A stretch of 54,588 nt of DNA from Hypanus sabinus. Lineage: Eukaryota. Shown here piece by piece: positions 1 to 11,599 of this stretch; position 1 is the stretch's first letter; each line of letters begins with the position of its first letter. The DNA lies in NCBI RefSeq assembly GCF_030144855.1, contig NC_082714.1, positions 127,038,001-127,092,588 of the forward strand. The letters run 5' to 3'. Under the pieces are notes generated by a model. The model saw only the letters and a list, made by a program, of their open reading frames with translations, was not told the origin of the DNA and searched no databases. A program made the translations under genes and the position numbers.

Positions 1-166
1 AGTTAAGCCAGCGCTTTTAACTTAACTTTTCAGATTTTGCCACAAACCAAGTTTCCACGTAGCAGGAGATGCCTGCAGCAGCTGGCAAATCCAACTTGCT
101 AGCCTTCCTAAAGTGCGTACATAAAATGGATATTGAAAACCAGGGAGGATGTGTAAGATATTTTAA
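1..166 (+). repeat. Copy 1 of a local ~166-bp direct duplication (may extend beyond the window start)
   Basis: Aligns without gaps to 1505-1670, with about 19 mismatches by manual count (~89% identity). Confidence 0.92.
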
Positions 167-199
167 AACTGATGGATGATATGGGCTCAGTGTCCTCTT

Positions 200-580
200 T
201 ATGTGCTGGAGCGGAACTCGGTGTGATCTACCGCTGTAGCCCAACAAATTCAACATTCCACATGTTGTGCGTTCAGTGATGCTCTTCCGCACACCACTTG
301 TGACATAGGGTTACTTGAACCAGTTTGAACCAGTCTGGCCATTCTCCTCGGACTCCCTCATTAGCAAGATATTTTCATCCACAGATTGCCCTCAGTGGAT
401 GTTTTTGTTGGGTTTTTTTTTGCACCATTCTCTGTAAACTTTAGACTGGAGACTATTGAATGTGAAAATCCTAGGAGATCATCAGTTTCTTCCGGACTCT
501 AACCACCCTGTTTGGCACCAACAATCATTCCACGGTCAAAGTCACTTGGATCATGTTTCTTCCCCGTTCTGACATTTGCA
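200..580 (-). mobile_element. Tc1/mariner DNA transposon remnant (transposase DNA-binding region)
   Basis: Minus ORF 17..292 begins RKSITERTTCGMLNLLGYSGRSHRVPL, matching the Tc1 HTH pattern xKSISERTTRRTLxxMGYSSRRPxRVPL. The DNA resembles a common fish Tc1 family (recalled). Confidence 0.8.
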
Positions 581-867
581 TGTGTATAGCAGTAATAATC
601 AAGGACAAATTGCACTATTTCTGTCCCATGTCCCTTTCTCCTTCAGTGAGGATTCTTAAACGTAATTAGATCGTGCATTTCCTAGCAACCTCACAAAGGC
701 TCCATATTCCTTTTCTTAGAGGGTGCTGTATTCAAAGTAAAATGCCTATCTGGAAAAGAGCCAGATTCCAGAAGTGGAGGCCAAATGAGGAAAAGGCTTT
801 CAGGAAGCTTAATAAAACAACAGCAGAAAAATTCCAAAGGGTGTGGATGAAACAAAATTGGAAAATA

Positions 868-1200
868 GTTCAAAGTACATTTATTTGTCAAAGTGTGCAT
901 GCAGTTACAACTTTCACATTTGTCTTCTCCACAGACAGTCACGAAAGAAGAATGGTGAAACTAAACAGCAAATGTCAAACTCCGCCACCCCAGTGCAAAA
1001 AAAAAACTTGCAAGTGGCAACAAAAAAGATCAAATACAAAATCAAAAGGCATATTTCAGTATAGCTCAGCTCAGTGCTCATAATCTGCAAGCTGCCCCAA
1101 TTCAAAAATCACCCAAAAGTAGAAACAAAAACAAAAGATGATAACTGGAACTCCTCATAAACCCAAGAGTCCAAATCTTTAACTTGCACCGATTAAACTT
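868..1200 (-). mobile_element. 3' terminal fragment of a Rex1/Babar-like LINE family
   Basis: Starts gttcaaagtacatttatt, the reverse complement of the AATAAA...ACTTTGAAC tail. The same tail type ends the Rex1 copies at 30848 and 45885. A related end lies at 18031. Confidence 0.5.
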
Positions 1201-1504
1201 TCTATACATGAGAGCAAAACCTATTCGGTGGTGACCAATTGTTGCTCTGTTACTTTGTGTATGATTTTCTTGGACTTCAGTGAATCCAACAAGTGTAGAA
1301 TAGATGTGCAGTGAGATCAGCCCAAAAAAAAGTTACATGATATTTTTAAAAGTAATATCAACCTCCTACTTTTATTTGCAAGGGTGATCTCTGGCTGCTG
1401 AATTTTATTCAGTGTTCCCATGCCCTTAGCTATGACAACATTTACATTCTTGAGAACTGTCTGTAACCCAAACCGTTTGCTTTGGACAACCAAGAGCACT
1501 GTGT

Positions 1505-1670
1505 AGTTAAACCAGGGCTTTTAACTTAACTATTCAGATTTTGCCACAAACCAAGTTTCCACATGGCAGGAGATGCCTGCAGCAGCTGGCAGATTCAGCT
1601 TGCTAGTCTTCCTAAAGGGTGTACATAAATTGGATATTTGTAACCAGGAAGGATGTATATGATATCTTAA
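1505..1670 (+). repeat. Copy 2 of the local ~166-bp direct duplication
   Basis: Aligns without gaps to 1-166. Confidence 0.92.
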
Positions 1671-2199
1671 GAGGTCTAACTCATGATGTAGACCTAATCC
1701 AACTCATCTGAGAAGAAACAAAACAGTAATCAATGCTATTCTAGTATAAAATATTAAATGAAAATATACTGGCACCTACAGGATACATTTGATATATTTG
1801 GTTATTGTAGTGTTTTGAAACTCTTCTACAAAATGTATGGTGTATAAATCAGAAGATTTCATTTGCCTTGTTTCTTAGGATATCACAAGGCATTTCACAG
1901 CAAAATGACTTGCTGGAAAAGCAGACCCAGAGATGACTCTATCTCTGATGCATAATCTTCTATGCCTTTTGCTGTCAAACATAAAACACTAAATACTCTG
2001 CAGATTTCTACTGCATATAAAGAGGAAAAATGCATATTTCATGAATTATAAAACTATGAGGAATGGAATAAACAAAATGTGGGTAGTGGAGATAATAAAT
2101 ATAAAAAGTAAGCCATGTTAATTTATTTTACAAAGAAAGTATTAGTTTTAATATCTTATGTGATTGCTATGTCAATTGAATGTCCCTCATAGATAAAGC

Positions 2200-2338
2200 A
2201 GAAACATTTAGAAAGATCAGATGCAGTGGGGTTCTGGCACAGAGGAAAGGGAGAGAGATGAAGACCTCAGCAGATCAGCTATGATCACATTGGACTTGCA
2301 GGCTTGACGGGCTGAATGGGCTTCTCTTCTTCTAATGC
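2200..2338 (+). mobile_element. Degenerate CR1/HE1-type 3' tail
   Basis: gatcagctatgatcacattg...gcttgacgggctgaatggg resembles the CR1 3' UTR at 3485-3550. Confidence 0.6.
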
Positions 2339-2598
2339 CCTCCCTCTCGTGCTTAATTTCTACCACCACACTCACTCCTACCTCACCTTACTTCATTGTT
2401 GTGACTGATTTATCAAAATTTCAACAGTTAATACTAGAGAATGTATATAATGTGCCTGAAATTCTTATTCTCCACCAACTTCCTTGAAACAGGAGAAAAA
2501 ACCCCAAAGAATGAATGGCAGAAAAAAAGCACAAGAACCCCAAAGCCTCCTGTTACTCTACCATGCACGAGCAACATCAACCACCCACTCCCCTCACC

Positions 2599-2644
2599 TA
2601 TTCTAGCATAGAGCATCGGCATATTCTAGCATAGAGCATCGGCA
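2599..2644 (+). repeat. Perfect 23-bp tandem duplication at a CR1 5' junction
   Basis: tattctagcatagagcatcggca occurs twice (2599-2621, 2622-2644). Confidence 0.95.
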
Positions 2645-3563
2645 TATGACATGAAGCTGGGTGGCAGTGTGAAATGTCAGGAAGATGTTATGAGAATGCA
2701 GGGTGACTTGGACAGGTTGGGTGAGTGGGCAAATGTATGGCAAATGCAGTTTAATGTGGAGAAATGTGAGGTTATCCACTTTGGTGGCAAGAACAGGAAG
2801 GTAGATTACTATCTAAATGGAGTCAAGTTAAGAAAAGGGGAAGTACAACGGGATCTAGGTGTTCTTGTACATCAGTCAATGAAAACAAGCATGCAGGTAC
2901 AGCAGGCAGTGAAGAAAGCTAATGGCATGCTGGCCTTTATAACAAGAGGAATTGAGTATAGGAGTAAAGAGGTCCTTCTGCAGCTGTACAGGACCCTGGT
3001 GAGACCCCACCTGGAGTATTGTGTGCAGTTTTGGTCTCCAAATTTGAGGAAGGACATTCTTGCTATTAAGGGAGTGCAGCGTAGGTTCACAAGGTTAATT
3101 CCTGGAATGGCGGGACTGTCATATGTTGAAAGATTGGAGCGACTGGGCTTGTATACACTGGAATTTAGAAGGATGAGAGGGGATCTGATTGAAACATATA
3201 AGATTATTAAGGGATTGGACACACTGGAGGCAGGAAGCATGTTCCCGCTGATGGGTGAGTCCAGAACTAGAGGCCAGAGTTTAACAATAAGGGGTAGGCC
3301 ATTTAGAACTGAGATGCAGAAAAACTTTTTCACTCAGAGTGGTGGATATGTGGAATGCTCTGCCCCAGAAGGCAGTAGAAGCCAAATCTCTGGATGCATT
3401 CATGACAGAGTTAGATAGAGCTCTTATAGATAGCAGGGTCAAGGGATATGGGGAGAGGGCAGGAATGGGGTACTGATTGTGTATGATCAGCCATGATCAT
3501 ACTGAATGGCAGTGCTGGCTAGAAGGGCCGAATGGCCTACTCCTGCACCTATTGTCTATTGTC
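2645..3563 (+). mobile_element. 5'-truncated CR1 LINE (RT C-terminus and 3' UTR), relatively well preserved
   Basis: ORF 2651..3418 reads (D)MKLGG...WQMQFNVEKCEVIHFG...LVRPHLEYCVQFWSP...RRMRGDLIETYKI, the canonical CR1 ORF2 C-terminus. It ends in a short ctattgt repeat. Confidence 0.95.
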
Positions 3564-4410
3564 ATTCCCACCACCCGCCATCCAAACTAAAGCAAAACCT
3601 CTATCTACAGTACATCAAAAACTAACTGTGTACTCCAACATCCCATAGATGCTCTCTCTCATTTACAAGTGAGAGATAGATATCATTCCTTCCACGGCCA
3701 CAGGGGAGATAACAGTCACTATTTTGATGTTACAGTCAGTCTGAAGCGTCGTTTTTTATTTTGAGTTTAGCATTTATAAAGCATAAGTGTTTGCAACTAG
3801 CAAGCATTCTTAGCCTTTACAGTAGCTTCGGGAAGGTTTTGGAAGTTATCTTCAATGCAGTAAGTTTTGGTTAGTAGCTTGGATGGTTTCCACTGGAATA
3901 TTTCTGAGTTCAGCATCATCTGTTACCACACGTGAGCCACTGAAATGAGCAAGATTTTTTTTGCAGGATAAAGAAATTTTGACAAAATTACTTTGAGACT
4001 TTGTGTTATTGGATTAGTAATCTAGAATCTTGGTGAATAATCGAGCATCTGGTCAAATCCCCATTCAATTAGTTTCCACAACGTATTTTTACAAGACTGG
4101 AGAGTAAATGGAAACACAATCCCCAATCAGGAAAATATGAGATTGCTGGAAGGACTCAGATAGTCAAACAAAATCAGGAGAAACATTAATGTGAAATTAT
4201 CAGATTGTCATGAAAAAGGATATACCCAAGTGTGAATTTCAAAGATACCAGGAAGGGGATTGTCATTAACAACGGCATTAGCCAAAAGTTAACAGTGTAA
4301 ACTTTTGTAGTGATATAAAGTGATGTTATACAGATGTGAATTCACATTGCCCTGCTTTGCACAGCCATATTTTGGCTTTTCTTGGCAGTAGCTCTCTTTG
4401 ACAGCCAATG

Positions 4411-5365
4411 TTCATTCAACGATTCAAGAGTTAGGATTCAACATAGTTTCATGTAGTTTCCAGTGCATGAGTGTAAAGGAGAGCAAAATGATTTTACTCC
4501 TAATTTGATTTAGCACAAAAAAAACACAAGATAAAGAACCCAATAATAAAAAAAGAAACACACAATACATAGCTTATATACATACTGGGTGGACTGAACA
4601 TTCATGAAGTGGCAGTAGGCACAGGAGAGTCTGTACACAAGGTGACTTTGACAGCAAATGCTAATGTAGTTATGGTGGGGTGGATTAGTGGGTGGAGGTG
4701 TTTATCAGCTTTACTGTTTGGGGAAAGCAGTGGGTTTCGAGTCTGCTAGTGGTGTGGATGCTTTGTAGTCCCCTCCCTGATGGGAGTGGGACAAGTAGTC
4801 AATGAGCAGGTAAGTGGGATCCTTCATGATGTTGCTGGCCTTTTTGCCACCTTTCTGTATCTATGTTCTTAATAGTGGGTAGACTGGTGCTGGTGATGCG
4901 TTAGGCAGTTTTGACAGACCATTGTAGAGTACACTGCAGTGCATTTTCTGTGTAGTGTTAAGATACTCCGTACTGCACATCTCCAGAAGGACATGAGTAT
5001 TGTTGTGCATAGTCCATCCCCTTAAAGCCGCCTCTCACACAGTAGAGGCTTTGGTGAGCTTTTTGAATTTGCAGACTGAGAGGTTGTGTGAGAGGTGCAC
5101 TCCCAGGAGTTTGAAACTGCTCAGTTTCCACTGCTGTGCTGTCAATGTGAATGGTGCAAGTTCTGAAGTTGATGACCATCCTTTGCTTTGTTCACATTGG
5201 GAAAGAGGTTGTTGGTTGTTTGCTTGGCGCCAGGCCTTGAGCTCTTCCAACACCTCTCTGTGGGCCATCTCATCATTTTTGGTGATGTTGTGTCATTAGC
5301 AAACTTGACAATGTGATTACTCGGGTGTTTGGTCATGCAGTTGTGTGTGAGCACCATGTACAGAC
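4411..5365 (-). mobile_element. Rex1/Babar-like LINE fragment
   Basis: Minus ORFs include LTHNCMTKHPSNHIVKFANDTT (degenerate KFADDTT RT motif), AWRQANN and FKLLGVHLS. A ttgaa-type tail lies at ~4411-4440. Confidence 0.85.
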
Positions 5366-5855
5366 TAAAAGACCACTGAGTTATATTGTTTGTGCATTAG
5401 TACCACAATAATACCTTGTATCTAGCTACTCTCTGCTCTTTCTGTCATAAAAAAAGGCCAGATAGTTGTGAGTCTTTGCTTGTGTGAATCTTAGGGAAAA
5501 TATTTTGTGCCTGTGCTGGTTGTAGCATAGCAAAGGTACGAAAGGCATTTCTTTTTTCGTAACATACAACACACATTTTCAGCCGTAAGCTTTTCTTTAT
5601 AATTGAATAGTTTTATAAATGGGTTCCATTTAAATACTTGAAAATCTGGGCACGAAGACCTTGTGAAAATCTTGACTAATTTATAGAAAATGTTTTTCAC
5701 TTCCCTAAGCTTCCAGAAAGAAGCATTCAATCCACTCTATAAAACTCTCTTCACTTAGAAGTGTAAATGTATCAAGGAAATGCTAAAATGGAGATCAGCA
5801 AAATCAGAATAATATTAAAATCATTTGGCAATAGTTGATTCTGCTCTGAGGCTTA

Positions 5856-6267
5856 AGGCTGATTTATACTTGTGTATACGGGCTATGCCGCAACCCTGAT
5901 TTTCACTTCTGTGTCGCTCTACACCATAACGAGCATGCTTTGGTGTGCGCCAGAACAGTAGTTGGTGGTGGGGTTTCTCTGCCACTGAGTTTCTTCGTGA
6001 GAGACATGGACGAGGAAATGCATTTCAAACATTTTCGCATGTCAGCAGGTAGATTTGACGATTTGGTTCATCTATTTCACATCAGTGTACCCACAGCCTA
6101 CAGACGTTGCGGAGAAGAAGCAACTGGAAATGCGTAGGAGCAAATGTGATGCTACCAAGTGGACCAATCACAGTTGTTGAGGTCTGCGTTGCCTTGATGT
6201 GTGAGTAACATGTCTAGGGTACGCGATACCTATGGTGTGGATGCAACACACAAGTATAAGTCAGCCT
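5856..6267 (+). mobile_element. PIF/Harbinger internal-deletion derivative (MITE-sized, 412 bp)
   Basis: TIRs aggctgatttatacttgtgt and acacaagtataagtcagcct (19/20 match). TTA flanks both sides (5853-5855, 6268-6270). The internal peptide DEEMHFKHFRMSAGRFDDLV matches the F-x-x-x-FRMS-x-x-x-F-x-x-L motif of Harbinger transposases. Confidence 0.9.
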
Positions 6268-6754
6268 TTAAAAGCCAGTTAATTTCTTACTCATTTAGTC
6301 AGAGAACAGTATATGATGTGGCCAGGACTTAAATGGGTTGGAAAGTATTTAATAAAATAAAAAAGTGAACCAAATGAAAACATGTTAAGATGCTAGTACT
6401 AGAACAAGTCAATGATTTTAGACTTTGGATTTGAAATGATATGACTGACATATGTCTGTCCCTGGCATTTGAAATCAGACAGCAACTGAATGAAAACTTT
6501 ATTAATTTGACCTACTGCCCAATCAGTGAGGAGTTTTGGTGAGAAATGTGAAAGGTTTGTCTTCTAATTCCAACCAGTTACTGCATAGGGCTAAATATTT
6601 GAACTGCTTCTGTAAGTTTAGTGTTTTATTTCAAACTCGATCTCTAACATTGTTTCTCTCGATGAGTCAGAGGATTGCCTTTTATACAAAGGGCTCCAGC
6701 TAGACACTTCCAGTGAAAGAAATTGTAAAAAGAATTTTTGAGGTAAAAAAAAAT

Positions 6755-7095
6755 AGATTGTAGAGTTGTACAGCATGGAGACAGATCTTTTGACCTAACT
6801 AGTTTGTGCCGACTATCATGTTTCCATTTACATCAGTCCTACTGCTAATCCCATTTTATTCTCTACACATTCCCAACAACCATACCCCCAGATTCTACTA
6901 TTCACCAACACACTATGAGCAACTTACAATGGCCACAAACCCACACATCTTTGGGCTGTGAGAGGAAACCAGGATGCCTAGAGGAAACACATTCACAGGG
7001 CAAAACAGTGCAAACTCCACACAGGTAGCACTTGAAGTCATCATCAAATCAGTATTGCATTAATTCCGGCAGGATAATGGATTTCTACCAGTTGC
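6755..7095 (-). mobile_element. HE1/V-SINE-like tRNA-derived SINE with CR1-type tail
   Basis: Reverse V-domain-like core (ctttgggctgtgagaggaaacc...gcaaactccacacag) followed by a CR1-like tail (gtacagcatggagacag). Confidence 0.7.
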
Positions 7096-8099
7096 TCCTA
7101 GAGCAAGTGGGTGCCAGGTGAAATGGGCTTGTAAGTTAATAGTATGTGAAAGAGAATGGGTTACAGAGAAATAAAATGGTGACTGGGACCAAAGGGATTT
7201 CTTTGAACATTGCATAGGCTCGATGGGCTAAAAACGGTCTTTTCCTACATTGTAAGAAAACACAAGAATTAACTTTTATCCATTGAAAAGTACTTTGTAA
7301 AGTTAACTGGGCTTTATCTTCATCTGATGTTCTAAACAATTTTCTTCTTGGCTGCTTCCCGTACTAAAATGCCTTTGGTGTTTCGCTCCATGCTCACATC
7401 CAAAAGAAGCTGGTGCAGACAAATACCAGATATTGTCATGGCCCGTTAGTGACCCGTTTCATGGCCCATTTCTGTCAGTTAGCAAGGGGCATGCTGGGAG
7501 CCTCAATGTCCAACCCGTCCCTCTTCAGCAGTTGGAAGTGAGGCTCTGCGTGTACTTCAGCTGTAGACCGAAGTTTCTTATTGTGGGCACAGGCACCCAA
7601 TTAAAAGTATTATTACTAGCATTTCCTGCAAATGATTGTACGTAGTCATTCTAATTATTTTTGTGTGAAATAATAAATACAAATTTTCTGGCCTGTTGTT
7701 AGTGCTTCGGCTATTGAAAAACTGAATGTGCCAAAAGAAATTAATGTGAGCTATTTTGCGGCTGCAGCCAGTGGTTCTCGTGGGAACTGCCAGCATTTGA
7801 TGCTGTCAGTTGAGTGAGTTCCAGAGCGGTGCCAACATATGTCCAAGATAAGCTCACTGACAGATGAAACTGCCACTCGGCTCACTTACAGAGCTCAACG
7901 TAGATCTGCAGTGAGGTGTGCTTTAGAATTTTCTAAAATGAACCTTATTGGTGACAATAGCAAATAGAAATTTGTATGTTGCCGTTATCCATACAAGTGA
8001 AACCATCCAAATTGCTTGTGGAGTTTCATGTCATGGATTTTTCTTTACATCATTGAGAAAATATAGTTGTTTTTAACATATGATCTAGCCACTTAGATG

Positions 8100-9550
8100 A
8101 TGGTCGGGAGGACCTTGGCTTTATCCCCTTTGAGCCTTTGTCATAACTGCACCATTTGTATCTCTGCAGAAAAGATTTATTTTCAATCTGTAGATAAAAT
8201 GGACATCATCCAATTCAGCTGCAGTGCACAAGCTATGCCTACACAATGTAAATAATACCAAGAGCACCTTGCACTTGATGGTCATTCTCCTGTCATCAGA
8301 ATTGAAGTGGGCTATGAATTCTGACATCCACTTGATCTTGGCTAAGCTGTACCATCCACTTAATTTTGGTACATACTCCATCCACAGCGCCTTGAGGTAA
8401 TCAGACCTGATACCAGAGATACAATGGGTTTGGACCAATTGATAACAAATACGTCTCCACTTTTGCTGTCTGGATCCATCTGGCCGTGAGTCCAGATACT
8501 CATTACTCTGCAGTCTCGGAGGAAGAAGGCAGTCTTGCTAATGCACTGGGAGCTTTTGAGCTGAGTGTTTTTTAGCCATTTTACATCTACATCCTTTGTG
8601 CTGGACTCAGTAAAGTACACACAAGCAAGACAGAAGAGGCCTTCTGTCCAGATTTGATTAGGAAGGGTTTTGTTTCACATTTTGTTTCACAGGGTTTTGT
8701 GTGGACTGCACTACTGATGTCATTGTGGAGCAGTAGTATATAATTGTGGATTTTTTTCCTAATCTCATTTTGGAGAATGCATCCATCATGTACACGTGTG
8801 ATATTCTGTCAAAAATGTTGTCGAGGTCCAAGCAAGTTTTCATTCTCTGTCTCACACATAGAATTATGTCACTCGGTAGTGTTAGGCAATTGATCTGTCA
8901 ATTGCATACTAAGTATAGTGTAGGTCTGATTTGGGCCTTTTATCTGCTACATTGTAGATTTGATTTGATTTTCCAGGATATTGTAATCCTTGTTAAGCAG
9001 GGAAATTGATGACAAGTTACAGGCCTACATTTCTTCTCTCTTCTGCTTGTCATTGAGAGTGATGATGGTCGTTTTTCTGAAGCTGCTGGTTTGACGTGGC
9101 CAGGAGGCCAGTATAGACCCACAGACCCCTGTGCCTCTTGGCTAGTGAACCATCACTTCCAGGAGATTTCTTTGCCACAAAGGAAAATCTAACCTTGGTT
9201 TGCTCATCCTGATTAAATGTGTAGCCCAGATTGCCCATTTACTCTTACCTGAGATATGAGGACACACAGCTTTGGGAGCCAAAGTCTTTATGGCTTTCAA
9301 ATCACCTAGTTCAGCAATGGGGGATTTGAATGTGCTTAATATGTTGAGCTTTGAGGGTGCTACTGAACCATCTATATCCTTAAGGCTATTAATTGCATAG
9401 CTTCCTCTGTGACCTTTAGAAGAAAGAACAAGAGTACATGTTCGTTACTCCATTGTGGTGACTATGGCTCAGGTCATAATCTTGATGAAATACACTGACT
9501 ATAGGCACTTTACCTCTTAGCTTCACAACAACAAAGCTGACTGGCATTTT
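8100..9550 (-). mobile_element. Highly degenerate Tx1/L1-clade LINE ORF2 remnant
   Basis: Minus peptides KKSPGSDGSLAK (KSPGxDGLxAE), LDLDNIFDRISHVYMMDAFSKM (LDQEKAFDRxSHxYM) and SDYLKAL...AKIKW. Confidence 0.7.
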
Positions 9551-9589
9551 GTCCAGTACTCCACACCCAGTTCAAGAATGTCAAGGATG

Positions 9590-9768
9590 GGCAGAAAGCC
9601 AACTACAGCTGGAGAGAGGGGATAGGTTTTCAGCTGTTAAGGCATCAAAGGACATGAAGTTAGGCAAAAAACAGTGGTGCAGATGAAAACAATCAGATGA
9701 TATCACTGAATGGTAGCACAATTGTGAGGATCAAATTGACTATTCCTCTTTCTATTTCTTATGTTCCA
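9590..9768 (+). mobile_element. Degenerate CR1 3' end
   Basis: gataggttt...ggcatcaaaggacatg...gaatggtagcaca...tattcctctttctatttcttatgttc. Confidence 0.6.
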
Positions 9769-9919
9769 ATTTTGATCCATATAGTAAATTGGTGGTTAGA
9801 TCTTTATTATTAATTGTTGTTGGCCATTCTTTGTACCTTTTGTGTAGTTTCCTGTTTCTTCCATTCCTGAATTGCAGTGATTTATTGTTGATTTATGATG
9901 CTGGTGTGATGCAGATATG

Positions 9920-10256
9920 TGGGTATGGTTAATATTGGCTCTGCACTGTTATTTCCAGCACAGTGACACAGAGGTTAATTTGACCCCACCAATCCAGGTT
10001 TCAATATGATCTCCAATGTAGTCAATGTGAATTTTGCACATTCTCCTGGTTACTATGTGTGATTTTCCCATGGAATGTAGCTACCTCACATGGATGTGCA
10101 GATGACAGTTTAATTGGTTACTATAGGATATTCCTGAATAGACAGATGAAATCAATGAGAATGACTTGCAGGCAAATAATAAGTGAAGTGAATTGCTCTG
10201 AGCATGCGTACAGACTCAGTGGTCTGAATAGCATTCTGTGTCATAAGGAAATATGA
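9920..10256 (+). mobile_element. Degenerate V-SINE/HE1-like SINE
   Basis: tgtgaattttgcacattctcctgg...ttaattggttac core, homologous to the copy at 49300-49650. Confidence 0.6.
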
Positions 10257-11599
10257 TTTACTGTTTTTGCTGATACATTTTCTCTGATGACCCACAATGT
10301 TTAGAGAAGGTATTGTAATGCAGCTCTCAGTTTGAACTGTGTGCAGATTTGCATAAAATATTAGTTTTTATTTTCACATCACTAGGATCTGCTTTTTGTT
10401 TTGGAACGGTTAAAGCATTTTATTATTTTTCTTACGCATTAATGTAACCATATGGTACTTCTGTCATTGTGGATTGTAGTGTTAAAATGCAGGTGGATAA
10501 AAGTTCAAATAAAAATCATTCTCATTCATAAAAATTGAGGTTTTTGATAAATATAGGAATATTAAATGTGTATTTTTTGGGTTGTGTTTAATATATAAAT
10601 TAATCATACAATTCTTTATTGGCTATTTTGGCCTTTCAGTAATGACCCATTTGTACATTTGAGAAATGTGTTCAATACACTTTCGAGTATTTGAAGATCG
10701 TGGACTATTGAAAATTCAATCACTCTTCACATTGCAAAATATTCAATTAGACGTGATTGAGAAAATAAAAACTAACCACTTTAAATGAAGTATAGGTTGA
10801 ATTGTTCAAAAAATCTCTGAAATATGTTAACCATATTTATGCAAAACCAAGTTAAATCAAATGAGAGAGCATTCTATATATTTTAAAAAACAGCACAGAA
10901 GAGTGAAAAATGGCAACAGCAGCACATGAAGACAAAATAGTTCTGCTGCTTTAGTAAATGTAGCCGGACTATACTATCTGTATTAATTATCGAAAGATGC
11001 TGCAGAAGAACAATTCAATGTCTTGGAGCCTAAATATCATGCATGACACAAGGGTAGGAACTGGGCTCCTGCTTGCAATCCTTGACATAGTGAATCCTAA
11101 TCCCAGTGGTCCTTTGGTGGGGGGAAAAAATCCAATCCATGTCTCCAACTAATGTAATGGGCTTGATTTGTTTAAATTAGCTTGAAGCATGTTACTCCAT
11201 ACTCCGATCTCTGTGCTCTGATTGTGGTCTTGCGGTAGTAGCACTCCCTTGAGCCCTAATTGTATTCGTGTCTGAAGCTTTATAATAAACAAACCAATGC
11301 CTAATGGTAGAAGCAGAACATCAATTACATCCTTGGTGTTTTGCTGTTATTCCATTTTTTGAAACGTTAAGAATTAAGATATAAATATAAAGAAAAATGT
11401 GTTTTAGTTTAAACATGTAAAGTTGCATACATAATGAGCACACAAGCATAAGATCACAAAGCACATGCCATTATTTTAATTGTTTAAAATTTGAACTTGG
11501 GGAATGGCTCAAATGCCTAGAAGGTTGTTCTAAACTGCTTGCCTGAATTGTTGCACCGATGATTATTATTCAGGTAGAGGCTAAATGTCTTTTGAAGAA

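Noticed and set aside
673-1083. 136-aa plus-strand ORF
   Set aside because: It is Lys-rich, low-complexity read-through of an antisense repeat tail, with no domain or splice support.
2651-3418. 255-aa ORF as a host or domesticated gene (likewise 47408..48322 and 52964..53611)
   Set aside because: These are truncated or frameshifted TE coding fragments lacking complete catalytic domains.
7474-7562. Minus-strand peptide AEVHAEPHFQLLKRDGLDIEAPSMPLAN as a terminal exon
   Set aside because: I do not recognise the protein and the acceptor is weak.
7886-7901. Possible 16-nt minus-strand micro-exon (ctgcag|atctacgttgagctct|gtaagt)
   Set aside because: The polypyrimidine tract is weak, the length does not preserve frame and no partner exons are visible. 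Such a match is expected by chance.
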